A stretch of 64,000 nt of DNA, taken from assembly GCA_051252135.1 (NCBI GenBank), contig JBPOGH010000014.1:32001-96000 (forward strand). Reading direction: 5' to 3'. The stretch's first letter is position 1, and each line of letters opens with the position of its first letter. This document shows, piece after piece, positions 19,555-28,976 of the stretch. The translations under genes were made by a program, and so were the position numbers. The notes beneath the pieces were generated by a model. It was not told where the DNA came from and did not search any database. It saw nothing but the letters and a program-made list of their open reading frames with translations. This DNA is from Verrucomicrobiaceae bacterium. GTDB taxonomy: Bacteria > Verrucomicrobiota > Verrucomicrobiia > Verrucomicrobiales > Akkermansiaceae.

Positions 19555-20467
19555 CCAATCCACGATCCCCGATCGGGGTCCCCTGCTGCACCGGCTTGCG
19601 TAAAGTCCGGCACGCACTTGCTACAATTCCCGCTGCCATACCCAGCACCCCGATCAGGCCGACCACCCGGGCCGGAATCTCCTCACTCAAAGTCGCCCCA
19701 TAAAGCAAAACTGCCATCCCGCCCAATATCCACAAGAAGCAAGCCCCCCCGCTCTTGGGCACAAGCATCTCCCCTCCACGACTCTTCATCGCCCTGAGGT
19801 TCAGTATCTCGGAAAGCTCCAGTCCCACCCCAAACGGATGCTCTTTCGCAAAGAGATCCACCTCGCCCATATACTTCAGATAGTTTGAATTTGGAGAAGC
19901 AATCGTCCGATAAGCGTCACCATACATCAACCCCTTGGGTAGAAAACTCCTGCGATAGCCCCAGATTCCGACACTATCCCATGAATCCTTCCCGAAAAAC
20001 ACCCGGGAAAAGCTCGTAAGGCGTCTTCCCAAAAAGGTCCGGCAAGGAGAAAGCCGTCCGATAATCACTTGGAACCGACTGTCGAATCCGGAAAGCATCC
20101 TTCTGATGTCGTTCAGCTGAACTCCGGAGTCCGAATCAAGAGCTACCACCAGCGCACCCTTTGCAGATCGCTCACCGTGACCGATCGCTTCGCGGATATT
20201 CCGGCTGGAAGCGCTTTTAATCGCTTTCACCCGCAACGCATCCCTCTTCACCAACGCCTTCATTTCCCGCCACGCGCTGGGTTGCTCGCCTCGTGCCACC
20301 AATATGACCTCTGCCACGATCCCAACCTCGTCAATCCAGCGGAGAAGACTCTCGCAGAGCACCCCGAGAAGACGGGGGCGCCGATCCGCACAAATCACAA
20401 AACTCACCGTCTGACGAGCGGGAGAATCTTGCGATTGCTGTTGGGCTGGATTTGGTGCGGAATTCAT
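19523..20467 (-). CDS. Divergent glycosyltransferase family 2-like (ArnC/GtrB-like) membrane protein
   Basis: VSFVIC...EVILV...GALVVALDSD...VIIGR pattern plus two C-terminal TM helices. The usual DDGS motif is absent. Confidence 0.5.
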   Translation of the reverse strand: MNSAPNPAQQQSQDSPARQTVSFVICADRRPRLLGVLCESLLRWIDEVGIVAEVILVARGEQPSAWREMKALVKRDALRVKAIKSASSRNIREAIGHGERSAKGALVVALDSDSGVQLNDIRRMLSGFDSRFQVIIGRLSPCRTFLGRRLTSFSRVFFGKDSWDSVGIWGYRRSFLPKGLMYGDAYRTIASPNSNYLKYMGEVDLFAKEHPFGVGLELSEILNLRAMKSRGGEMLVPKSGGACFLWILGGMAVLLYGATLSEEIPARVVGLIGVLGMAAGIVASACRTLRKPVQQGTPIGDRGLATAYPPRAQG

Positions 20468-20628
20468 TTCCGGAACTTCAGGGTGAACAATCCTTTACTT
20501 AAGGATTGTTGAAATTCTAAAAACTATTCCCATTAAGTCAACATTATTTTTAAAAGATGCTTATAAATTTTAAACTATCGTGGTAAACACCCCTGAAATC
20601 GCCCTAAATAAGCAGGGTTTGGAGTGAG

Positions 20629-21132
20629 TTATTCACCTTCAATGATCTTGAGCACATCTCCTCCCTGGGTCTCTGTTGCACCCTTGAGGTCCTTCCATAC
20701 CAATTTCCCCCCGCGAAAAAGAAAGGCAGACCGCGAAGCAAACTTACCCCCAACCCGCAAGGGCACCTGATAGGCACCCGCCACTTTCCCCTCGGTATCA
20801 GCAATCAGATCATAGGAAAGCCCATGCTTCTCCGCAAATTTCTTCTGCGTCTCCACCGGATCGGTCGAAACTCCAAAAACCGTCACCTTCTTTTTCGTCA
20901 ATTCATCGAATGCGTCCCGCACCGAACAAACCTGCTTGGTTCATCCCCCGGTCAATGCCTTCGGATAAAAGAAGACCAAAAGCCACTCCTGCTCCGGTGC
21001 AGGCGCAATCTGAACTTCATTTCCATGATGATTGGTTCCGGAAACTTCAGGAACCTTCGCCCCCATCTCCAACTCTCCAGCCTTCAGGCCCAATATCGTC
21101 ATCAGCGACGCAAGTGTGATTTTCCACTTCAT
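20629..21132 (-). CDS. bcp: BCP/PrxQ peroxiredoxin with in-frame UGA at the peroxidatic Cys; candidate selenoprotein
   Basis: ORFs 20941-21156 and 20629-20922 are in one frame, separated only by TGA at 20943-20941: LLVFFYPKALTGG-TGA-TKQVCSVRDAFDEL...VFGVSTD...KKFAEKHGLSYDLIAD...RSAFL. This is PxxxTxxC with U at codon 64 and a resolving Cys at 69. Signal-like N-terminus; 167 aa. Confidence 0.88.
20906..20925 (-). other. Candidate bacterial SECIS hairpin (bcp gene)
   Basis: Hand-folded mRNA UCG-GUGCG-GGA-CGCAU-(U)-CGA, with a G-rich loop 24-26 nt after the UGA. Confidence 0.55.
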
Positions 21133-21223
21133 GCCCCTAATCTCAGCTCTCCCCACCTAACGGCAAGCACGATTCCTGACATTCATGGTTTGGCAATCTG
21201 CCATTTCTCCCTAAAAACAGCCC

Positions 21224-22108
21224 GTGCACGACCTAAAACCGTATCTCAAAGAGCAGCAATCAACTGTTGATGCCGCACTCAACGCCTTCCTGCCCAAAGC
21301 AAGCGAACGCCCAAAAACCGTTCACCAGGCCATGAGATACTCCATTTTCGCCGGCGGTAAACGTCTCCGCCCCATTCTCACTCTCGCTGCCGCCGAAGCC
21401 TGCGGAGGCTCACCCCAAAACGCCCTGCCCGGTGCCTGCGCTGTCGAGGTCATGCACACCTACTCCCTCGTTCACGATGATCTCCCCTGCATGGATGACG
21501 ACGACCTCCGTCGCGGACGGGCCACCTCCCACAAAGTCTACGGCGAAGGCATGGCCGTCCTCACCGGCGACGCCCTCCTCACCGAAGCCTTCACCATCCT
21601 CGCCCAAACCTCTCCCACCAAACGCTACTCCCTCAAGGATATCATTCTCGAATTCTCCATCTGCGGAGGATCCAAAAAACTCATCGGTGGACAGGTTCTC
21701 GACCTCGAGGGCGAAGGCCGGGACCTCACCAAAGCCCAACTCGTCCGCATTCACGAAAACAAAACCGCCGCCCTCCTCACCACCTCCCTCCGCCTCGGAG
21801 GCATGAGCGCCAACGCCACCCCTCTCCAGCTGCAGGCCCTCACCGACTTCGGATACAATCTCGGACTCGCCTTCCAGGTCATCGATGACATCCTCGACGT
21901 CACGCAATCCACCGAAAAACTCGGCAAAACCGCAGGGAAGGACGAAGAGGTCAACAAAGCCACCTACCCCTCGATTCTCGGACTCGAGAAATCAAAAAAG
22001 GAAGCCGCCAGACTCACCAAAAAATCGCTCGCCGCCCTCGCACCCCTCAAGAAAAAAGCACACCGGCTTGAGCAAATTGCCCACTACCTCCTCGATCGCG
22101 AATTCTAG
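21224..22108 (+). CDS. ispA: Polyprenyl (farnesyl/geranylgeranyl) diphosphate synthase
   Basis: GGKRLRP, HTYSLVHDDLPCMDDDDLRRG, GGQVLDL, FQVIDDILD, LGKTAGKD, KATYP. Confidence 0.93.
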   Translation: MHDLKPYLKEQQSTVDAALNAFLPKASERPKTVHQAMRYSIFAGGKRLRPILTLAAAEACGGSPQNALPGACAVEVMHTYSLVHDDLPCMDDDDLRRGRATSHKVYGEGMAVLTGDALLTEAFTILAQTSPTKRYSLKDIILEFSICGGSKKLIGGQVLDLEGEGRDLTKAQLVRIHENKTAALLTTSLRLGGMSANATPLQLQALTDFGYNLGLAFQVIDDILDVTQSTEKLGKTAGKDEEVNKATYPSILGLEKSKKEAARLTKKSLAALAPLKKKAHRLEQIAHYLLDREF

Positions 22109-23070
22109 GAACTCAGATTCTTACAAAGGCTGATCAACGCCGGATCGACAAAATGCTTGGTGTCAACCACCTCATTGATCGACGCGCTCCCAAAGACTCC
22201 GTCCTTGAACACCACCACCTTGTTCTGCTCCCCCGCAAGGAGGAAATCGATCGCTGCCATCGAGAACTTGAAGGCCATAATCCGGTCATAAACCGTCGGA
22301 GACCCCCCACGCTGCACATGACCCAGAACCGTCAGCCGCGCATCCATTCCCAGCGCATCAGCCATCCACCGGGTCAGACTTTCGCCCATCCCCGTCCCTT
22401 CGGCAACAATACCTAAAACATAACGGCGGCCCTGCTCACGCTCAAGGCGTAAGCGCTCCGCCAACGCATCCAGATCATAAGGAATCTCCGGCACCAAACA
22501 CACCTCCGCCCCCGTCGCCAGCGCCGACGTCATCGCCAGATAACCACAGTGCCGACCCATCGTCTCAATCACAAAAGCACGGGAAAAAGACGATGCGGTA
22601 TCCCGGATACTGTCCACACTCTGCCGAATCATATTCAGAGCCGTATCCACCCCGAGACAATAATCGGTCCCGGAAATATCATTGTCGATCGTCGCCGGAA
22701 TCCCCGCAAAAGGCACCCCAAAGTCCGCATAAAACTGATTGAGTGCACTGAACGATCCATCTCCGCCGATCACGATCAACTTCCCAATCCCCAACTTCTC
22801 AAGATTCTCAAACGCCTGCTTGCGAAACTCATACTCAAAAAATCGCTTGGAACGGGATGAGCCCAGCACCGTCCCCCCACGATGAAGAATTCCCGATAAC
22901 CGCTCAGGGGTCGCTTCATGGATCAACCCCTCAATCAATCCCCGTAATCCCCACTCCACCAGATAGGGAGTCAACCCCTTCTTCTTGGCATACTCAGCCG
23001 CCGACTTCACAGCCGGATTCATCCCCGCGGAATCTCCGCCCGAGGTCATTATCGCAATCTTCTCGCTCAA
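22105..23070 (-). CDS. pfkA: ATP-dependent 6-phosphofructokinase
   Basis: TSGGDSAGMN, GGTVLGSSR, IGGDGS, PATIDND, ETMGRHCG, LGHVQRGG. Confidence 0.95.
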   Translation of the reverse strand: MSEKIAIMTSGGDSAGMNPAVKSAAEYAKKKGLTPYLVEWGLRGLIEGLIHEATPERLSGILHRGGTVLGSSRSKRFFEYEFRKQAFENLEKLGIGKLIVIGGDGSFSALNQFYADFGVPFAGIPATIDNDISGTDYCLGVDTALNMIRQSVDSIRDTASSFSRAFVIETMGRHCGYLAMTSALATGAEVCLVPEIPYDLDALAERLRLEREQGRRYVLGIVAEGTGMGESLTRWMADALGMDARLTVLGHVQRGGSPTVYDRIMAFKFSMAAIDFLLAGEQNKVVVFKDGVFGSASINEVVDTKHFVDPALISLCKNLSS

Positions 23071-25073
23071 CGCGGAGCTTCTGTAGCAGAGGAATCGAGA
23101 AGCTCAAGCCCCACGATGCAAACATCGTCATCAAATTTTCCTCCCGCGGCATAGGCCCTCGCTTCTTCCACCACCGCTCCGGTCTCCTGGCACTTTTTCA
23201 GGGCTGAAACCATCCGCTCCACCCCGAACTCTTTTCCTTCCTCATCCTGAACCTCAAAAATCCCGTCCGTAAACAGCCACATCCCCGAACAATCATCCAG
23301 CGAAAGCTCCCGCTCACCGTAGTCCACCCCCGGAACTAACCCCAACGCAGGCCCCTTATCCCCCCCAAAAACCAAGGCCTCAATCTCCCCTCCCAATTTC
23401 ACCAGGGGATCCGGGTGCCCTGCCGACGCCACCCGCAGCGTCCCCTCCTTCAAATCCACCACCCCGTAGATTGCCGTCGAAAACATCGTAATCCCGGTTC
23501 TCTCCAGCAAATGGCACAACCCCTCATTCAACCCTCCAAGAAACAGCGCCGGATCATGCCGCGCCTCATGCCCCTTCTCCATCAACCCCCGTAGCATCGA
23601 TACCACCAGCGCGGCCCTCACCCCATGACCCATCACATCGCATACCAAAAACGCCGCCACCGATTCATCCACCTTGATCACCTCGAAAAAATCACCAGCC
23701 AACCCGCTGGCCGGCTCATACCGATGATCAAACCTCACCGTCCTGCCCCCATGCCCGATGATCGGCAAATGCTTCGGAATCGCCGCCTGCTGCACCTCCT
23801 TGGCCAACCTCAATTCCTCTTCCATCGAGTCGTTCTTTCGGGTCAGCACCTTTGCCAGCTCCACCAACTGGTTCCTCGTCTTCACCAAATCCGTCACATC
23901 CCCCGAGACCCCAAAGGTTCCCACCAACTCACCATTTTGATCATACCAGGGATACTTCGCACTGATCACCCAGGTAATATGACCATCTTTCCAGGCGATC
24001 CTCTCGAGCTTTGACGCAAGCGGCACTCCCGTCTCCATCACCCGCTTCTCATCCTCCCACGCCACCTCGTAATGATCGGGTGAGAAAAAATCCCGGTCAT
24101 GCTTCCCGATCAAATCATCCACCGTCCCCACCCCGATCAAATCCACCATCCCCTGATTCACCAAAACAAAGTTCGATTCCCGATCCTTAAAATAAACAAA
24201 CATCGGGATGTTATCGATCACCAGCCTCAGCCGATGCCGCTCCTCCTCAATCGCCTGATTAACCCCCGCCAATGTCGCCGCCATCTCCGCCAGCCTGTTC
24301 TCGGTCTCCACCAATTCCGTCACATCATTGGTCACCCCAAAGGTCCCCTTCACATCACCATCAATCCCGATCCACGGCATCTTGGTCACCATGACCCAGG
24401 ACTCCCGCCCGTCCTCCCATACCTCATGCTCCATCTCATTGAGCTGCCCCTTCCGGGTCTCCATGATCCGAAGCTCCATCTGCCGGGATTCATCAGCATG
24501 CTCCGCCCGAAAAAAATCATGATCCGTTTTCCCGATCATTTCCTCCGGCGATCCCCCACCCATCCTCTCGGCAGTCGAACGATTCACTTTGATAAAGCGC
24601 GAATCCCGATCCTTCAGGTAAACATTCACCGGAACATTCTCGAGCAACAGATCAAGTCGGGCCCGCTCCTCTTCCAACTCTGCCTCGGCGTTCTTCCGTT
24701 TCGAAATATCAATGATACTTCCCACCAGCCGAACCACCGTCCCCGCCTCATCACGTCGCGGCACGGCCCTCACCCGGAACCACTTCCAAGGGCCCTCAAA
24801 TGTCTTCACCCGCGCTTCCATCGCAAAGAGCTCATTCCCTCCGCAAAAAACATCATCCATCTTGCGCTTCCACGCAGGATAATCATCCCCATGCACAAAG
24901 TCCTGCGCCTTGGCGATAAAGTTGGGAGCGTCAAAACGCCCGCAACCCAAAAACCGCAACACCCGGTTCGTGAAGAAAATCTCATCCGTTACCAAATCCC
25001 AATCCCACACCCCCTCGTTGGAAGCCTTCAAGGCAAGCTCCAGACGGTTATCGGCATCCTTCGCATCGCTCAT
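23067..25073 (-). CDS. PAS-PAS-PAS + SpoIIE/RsbU-type PP2C phosphatase (paralog 2)
   Basis: PAS starts EGVWDWDL, NVPVNVYLKDRDSRF and NIPMFVYFKDRESNF; PP2C motifs AGDFF, CDVMGHG, SAGHP, FTDG, DDVC. Confidence 0.92.
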   Translation of the reverse strand: MSDAKDADNRLELALKASNEGVWDWDLVTDEIFFTNRVLRFLGCGRFDAPNFIAKAQDFVHGDDYPAWKRKMDDVFCGGNELFAMEARVKTFEGPWKWFRVRAVPRRDEAGTVVRLVGSIIDISKRKNAEAELEEERARLDLLLENVPVNVYLKDRDSRFIKVNRSTAERMGGGSPEEMIGKTDHDFFRAEHADESRQMELRIMETRKGQLNEMEHEVWEDGRESWVMVTKMPWIGIDGDVKGTFGVTNDVTELVETENRLAEMAATLAGVNQAIEEERHRLRLVIDNIPMFVYFKDRESNFVLVNQGMVDLIGVGTVDDLIGKHDRDFFSPDHYEVAWEDEKRVMETGVPLASKLERIAWKDGHITWVISAKYPWYDQNGELVGTFGVSGDVTDLVKTRNQLVELAKVLTRKNDSMEEELRLAKEVQQAAIPKHLPIIGHGGRTVRFDHRYEPASGLAGDFFEVIKVDESVAAFLVCDVMGHGVRAALVVSMLRGLMEKGHEARHDPALFLGGLNEGLCHLLERTGITMFSTAIYGVVDLKEGTLRVASAGHPDPLVKLGGEIEALVFGGDKGPALGLVPGVDYGERELSLDDCSGMWLFTDGIFEVQDEEGKEFGVERMVSALKKCQETGAVVEEARAYAAGGKFDDDVCIVGLELLDSSATEAPR

Positions 25074-27061
25074 CGCCTCACCTCCAGTCCCAACAAACAA
25101 ACATCATCTTCAAACCCTTCCGTTCCCGTAAACTTGCTCCCTGCAGCCACCAGCTTCTGAAGCAATAAATCCAACCTCCCGCCGCGCTCCACAATCTCAA
25201 TCATCCGCTCAAGGCCGAATTCCTCTCCCTTCGAATTCTCCGCCTCCAACAGTCCGTCCGTAAAACAAATCATTCGCTTCAGCCCCGTAAGATCCGCCCT
25301 GATCGACCCATACTCAATCCCCTCCACCATCCCCAGCGCCGGACCCCGGGCCTTCGCCGGAGGATGCAGCTGCCTCACCCCATCCTCAAACACCGCCACC
25401 GGACTCGCATGCCCCGCCAACCCCATCTCAATAAAGTTGTTCGTCAAATCCACCACCCCATACACAGCCGTCGCAAACAAGGTCACCCCGCTCTCCTCCA
25501 GCAAGTGCAGCAACCCGTCGTTCAAGCCCGTTAAAAACTCACCCACCTTGTCCGCTGATGCCGATTGCTTCTCAATCAACCCACGCAACATCGACACCAC
25601 CAGGGCCGACCTCACCCCGTGCCCCATCACATCGCACACAAAAAATCCCGCCCGATCCCTGCCCAAAGGAATCACCTCCAAAAAATCTCCCGCCAACTCG
25701 GAAGCAGGACGATACAAATGATGGAACCTCAACCGCTTCTCCGCATTCGAAAACGACGGCAGTTTCTCCGGAATCAGCGCCTGCTGCACCTCCCTCGCCA
25801 ACATCAACTCCTCCTCCATCTCCTGATTCTTGTCCGCCAACTCGGAAGCCAAACCCTTCAGCTGCCTCTCCGTTCGAACCAAATCACTCACATCCCTCGA
25901 CACCCCGAACGTCCCAAAAATCTCCCCCTCCTCATTCCGCCACGGATACTTTGAGGTCATCACCCACGTATCCTGCCGCCCCCCCCATGTCTCCTTCTCA
26001 ATAATTCCCACAATCGGCTCCCCCGTCTCCATGATCCGGCGCTCATCCGCCTCCGCCTGCCGCCAATGCTCCTCTGAAAAAATATCACGGTCCCTCTTCC
26101 CGTGGACCTCTGCCGAACTCTCCTTCCCAAACCACTCCACCATCGGCTTGTTCACCAACACAAACCGGCAATCGACATCCTTAAAATAAACATTCATCGG
26201 CACACTGTCGATCAGCAGCCTCATCAAATGACGGTCCTTCTCGGCCTCGAGATTCTTCAGATTCAACTCCTCCACCATCTTCTCGTGCTCAATCTGCGCC
26301 CGGACCAAATCCGACACATCATTCGTCACCCCGAAGATTCCCTTCACCTTGCCCGTCTGACCAATCCACGGCTGCTTCGTACTAATCACCCACGTGTCAT
26401 CCTTCCCCTCCCACGTCTCATGCTCCATCTGGTCCACCTGACCCACCTTCGACTCCATGATCTCCACCTCATGATCCCGGGCGACCTGGGCATGCTCACG
26501 GGAGAAAAAATCAAAATCACTCTTCCCCAGAATCCCCGACACATCATCAAAACCCATCTTCTCCGCCGTCGGCTTGTTCGCCATCACAAAGCGCGACTCC
26601 ACATCCTTGAAATAAACATTCATCGGAATGTTATCCATCAACTGCAGCATAAACGCCCGCTCCTCCGCCAACTCACGCTCCGCTGCCTTCCGCTGTGAAA
26701 TATCGATCACACTCCCAACCAACCGAACCAAATTTCCGTCATCGTCCCGCACCGGAGTTCCCCGCAACCGGAACCACTTCCACTCCCCGCCCTTCGTGCA
26801 CATCTGCGGCTCCGCCGAAAACAAGTCCGTCTCCTCCGCCTGCACCTCCCTCAACGACTCATTGAAGCCCTCCGCCGACGCCTCATCCATCAACTTCTCC
26901 TGATCATGGAAAAAATGCGGCATCTCATTTCTCCGGTATCCCAGAAATCGTAAAATCCACGCAGAATAGACAATCTTGTCCGTCACCAGGTTCCAGTCCC
27001 AGATACCCTCCTTGGAAGCTCTCAGGGCGAGCTCAAGGCGATCCTCAGTCCACGTTGCCAT
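25070..27061 (-). CDS. PAS-PAS-PAS + SpoIIE/RsbU-type PP2C phosphatase (paralog 1)
   Basis: EGIWDWNL, NIPMNVYFKD, SVPMNVYFKD; AGDFL, CDVMGHG, LAGH, FTDG, DDVC. Its stop overlaps the next ATG. Confidence 0.92.
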   Translation of the reverse strand: MATWTEDRLELALRASKEGIWDWNLVTDKIVYSAWILRFLGYRRNEMPHFFHDQEKLMDEASAEGFNESLREVQAEETDLFSAEPQMCTKGGEWKWFRLRGTPVRDDDGNLVRLVGSVIDISQRKAAERELAEERAFMLQLMDNIPMNVYFKDVESRFVMANKPTAEKMGFDDVSGILGKSDFDFFSREHAQVARDHEVEIMESKVGQVDQMEHETWEGKDDTWVISTKQPWIGQTGKVKGIFGVTNDVSDLVRAQIEHEKMVEELNLKNLEAEKDRHLMRLLIDSVPMNVYFKDVDCRFVLVNKPMVEWFGKESSAEVHGKRDRDIFSEEHWRQAEADERRIMETGEPIVGIIEKETWGGRQDTWVMTSKYPWRNEEGEIFGTFGVSRDVSDLVRTERQLKGLASELADKNQEMEEELMLAREVQQALIPEKLPSFSNAEKRLRFHHLYRPASELAGDFLEVIPLGRDRAGFFVCDVMGHGVRSALVVSMLRGLIEKQSASADKVGEFLTGLNDGLLHLLEESGVTLFATAVYGVVDLTNNFIEMGLAGHASPVAVFEDGVRQLHPPAKARGPALGMVEGIEYGSIRADLTGLKRMICFTDGLLEAENSKGEEFGLERMIEIVERGGRLDLLLQKLVAAGSKFTGTEGFEDDVCLLGLEVRR

Positions 27062-27148
27062 CCTAAATCCTAATCAATACTATCCGCCCCCTATTCTCAA
27101 CGGCAAATCCATCTTTTAAGAATCCCCCTCTTGGGTTAGGGTTCCTCC

Positions 27149-27511
27149 GTGCTCCAAATCGTTTTCAATGAAATCTCCGCCGCCGAGATTTCCCAGCTCG
27201 GCACCCTCGAGCAACTCGAACTCCTCGACGAATTCAAAGTCACCCAGGACGACCTGGAGCACCTTGATGACGAACGCTTTGGCATGATCCAGCGCGACGG
27301 TAAAAAACTCTACCGCTTCCGCTCCGCCGACTGGCGCTTCTACTTCGAGGTCGCCGGCGACCAACTCGTCGTCCACCGCATCCTCCACAAAGGCACCTTC
27401 TCCGACTTCCTCTTCCGCTCCAAACTCCCCCTGGGCGAGGACGAAGCACTCGCCGAGTCCAAGCACTTCTGGAACCTCATCGACGAAGGCCGCAACGCCC
27501 GCCGGACCTAA
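27149..27511 (+). CDS. RelE/ParE-fold protein with C-terminal extension; no adjacent antitoxin
   Basis: MLQIVFNEISAAEI...KLYRFRSADWRFYFEV...LVVHRILHK matches the RelE-type YRxRxGDYR...V.hH pattern. Confidence 0.65.
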   Translation: MLQIVFNEISAAEISQLGTLEQLELLDEFKVTQDDLEHLDDERFGMIQRDGKKLYRFRSADWRFYFEVAGDQLVVHRILHKGTFSDFLFRSKLPLGEDEALAESKHFWNLIDEGRNARRT

Positions 27512-27520
27512 GAGGCTGTC

Positions 27521-28807
27521 TTAAAAGGTCACCACCAGCCAATCCCCCTCCACCTCCTCGTTCGCAAAACGAAGAGCCGGGCCACCCGCCATCGGATTCG
27601 ACACCCCGATCCGAACCTCCGTCGGCTCGCCCCCCAGCTCAAGCCGCCACTCCACCGGCTCCCCCGGAAGCACCTTGCTCAGCCTCCACCCCGGAAACAC
27701 CGGCTTCGTCCGCACCCCCGGTGCACTCCACCGCACCTCCACCGACCAATCATAATAAAAAGGCGCCACCCCGCGATTCTCCACCCTCACCACCAACTCC
27801 CCGCCATCCATTCGCACCTCCCTCACAAAAAGCTCATAACCCATCCCCTGCACCGCCTTGATCGCCCGCACCTTCCGCTCCTCGGGCAACGGAATCCCGT
27901 CCTGATACACCCCCGAGTCCATCAACCAACTCACATGCGTCTCCCTCACGCACTCCATAAAATCCTGCTCCTGCCCAAACTTCTTATCCGTAAACGTCGT
28001 CCGCCAAATCTCCGGCCGAATCTCCCCCCCGATCGGGAACTCCTTCCACTTCCCCTCCAGACCCGCAGCCTTCATCGCCGGCACAAAAAACCACCCATCC
28101 TCCTCCTTCCCCGTATCCCGCGTCGCCCACGCAAACGAATCATCATGATACCCCACCCCCGTCTTCCGGTTGTCCGCATAATGATAATTACCCTCCCCCG
28201 CCGGATAACGCATCAACACATGCGTCTCATTGAACGCCCGATCAAATGCCTCCATCACCTCCACCTGCACCTCCTTCGACGCCCAAAGATCCTCCCTCGG
28301 AAACGTATGCCACTCCCCCCACACCCCCAACATCCCCATCGTCACAAAACCCACCCGCACATCCCCGTCATACCGCTTCCCCAGCGCCGCAATGAATTCC
28401 CTCATCGCCTTGCGCAACCTCTCATCACCGTAATCCGGCGTCAGCTCCACCTTCCCGTCCACCTCCCACTCCGTCACCTTCACCCCCTCCTTCACCAAAA
28501 ACTCCGGCACCGCCCCCTCAATCCCCGGATACTCCAGATACACCCGAAACACCGTCTGCTTCCCGCGCAACTTCACCCCCTCCAGAATCTCCTCCAACGC
28601 CGACCAATCATACCTCCCCCACCCCTTCATCAACTTCCCCATCGGCACATAACTAAACTCCATCGTATGCGGGAAACGCTCCTTCTTCCACTCATTCGTA
28701 TACGGCACCAATCCCTTCAACGGATTCCCCGCCCGCGCCGCCTCATACACCAGCTCCTTCCCGGAAAGTCCATCCACCACCAACAGAAAAAAGATCAAAA
28801 CTCTCAT
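27521..28807 (-). CDS. DUF4832/DUF4874-type secreted putative glycoside hydrolase
   Basis: NPLKGLVPY, YDWS, FRVYLEYP, PDY, GVWGEWH, GYHDDSFA, PIGGE, MGYEL, ENRGVAPFYYDW. Start at the ATG at 28807. Confidence 0.75.
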   Translation of the reverse strand: MRVLIFFLLVVDGLSGKELVYEAARAGNPLKGLVPYTNEWKKERFPHTMEFSYVPMGKLMKGWGRYDWSALEEILEGVKLRGKQTVFRVYLEYPGIEGAVPEFLVKEGVKVTEWEVDGKVELTPDYGDERLRKAMREFIAALGKRYDGDVRVGFVTMGMLGVWGEWHTFPREDLWASKEVQVEVMEAFDRAFNETHVLMRYPAGEGNYHYADNRKTGVGYHDDSFAWATRDTGKEEDGWFFVPAMKAAGLEGKWKEFPIGGEIRPEIWRTTFTDKKFGQEQDFMECVRETHVSWLMDSGVYQDGIPLPEERKVRAIKAVQGMGYELFVREVRMDGGELVVRVENRGVAPFYYDWSVEVRWSAPGVRTKPVFPGWRLSKVLPGEPVEWRLELGGEPTEVRIGVSNPMAGGPALRFANEEVEGDWLVVTF

Positions 28808-28976
28808 CAACCCCTCCTTACGCTCCTCTCCAGCGCTTCCCTTCAATGACTCCGACCTAAAATACCCCTTGCTAATCCCTAAACCCATTGTATGTTGCAT
28901 GAAATTGCATTTGTCTGGATGCTGCATCCCGCAGCTCCTCGATAGGTCGGTTTCCAAACTCCAATCACTTCGACCC

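Noticed and set aside
10389..20943. Reading the two TGA-split genes as pseudogenes
   Set aside because: In both, the only lesion is a TGA on the catalytic Cys, the downstream halves are intact and in frame, and a hairpin follows. Recoding is more parsimonious, though unproven.
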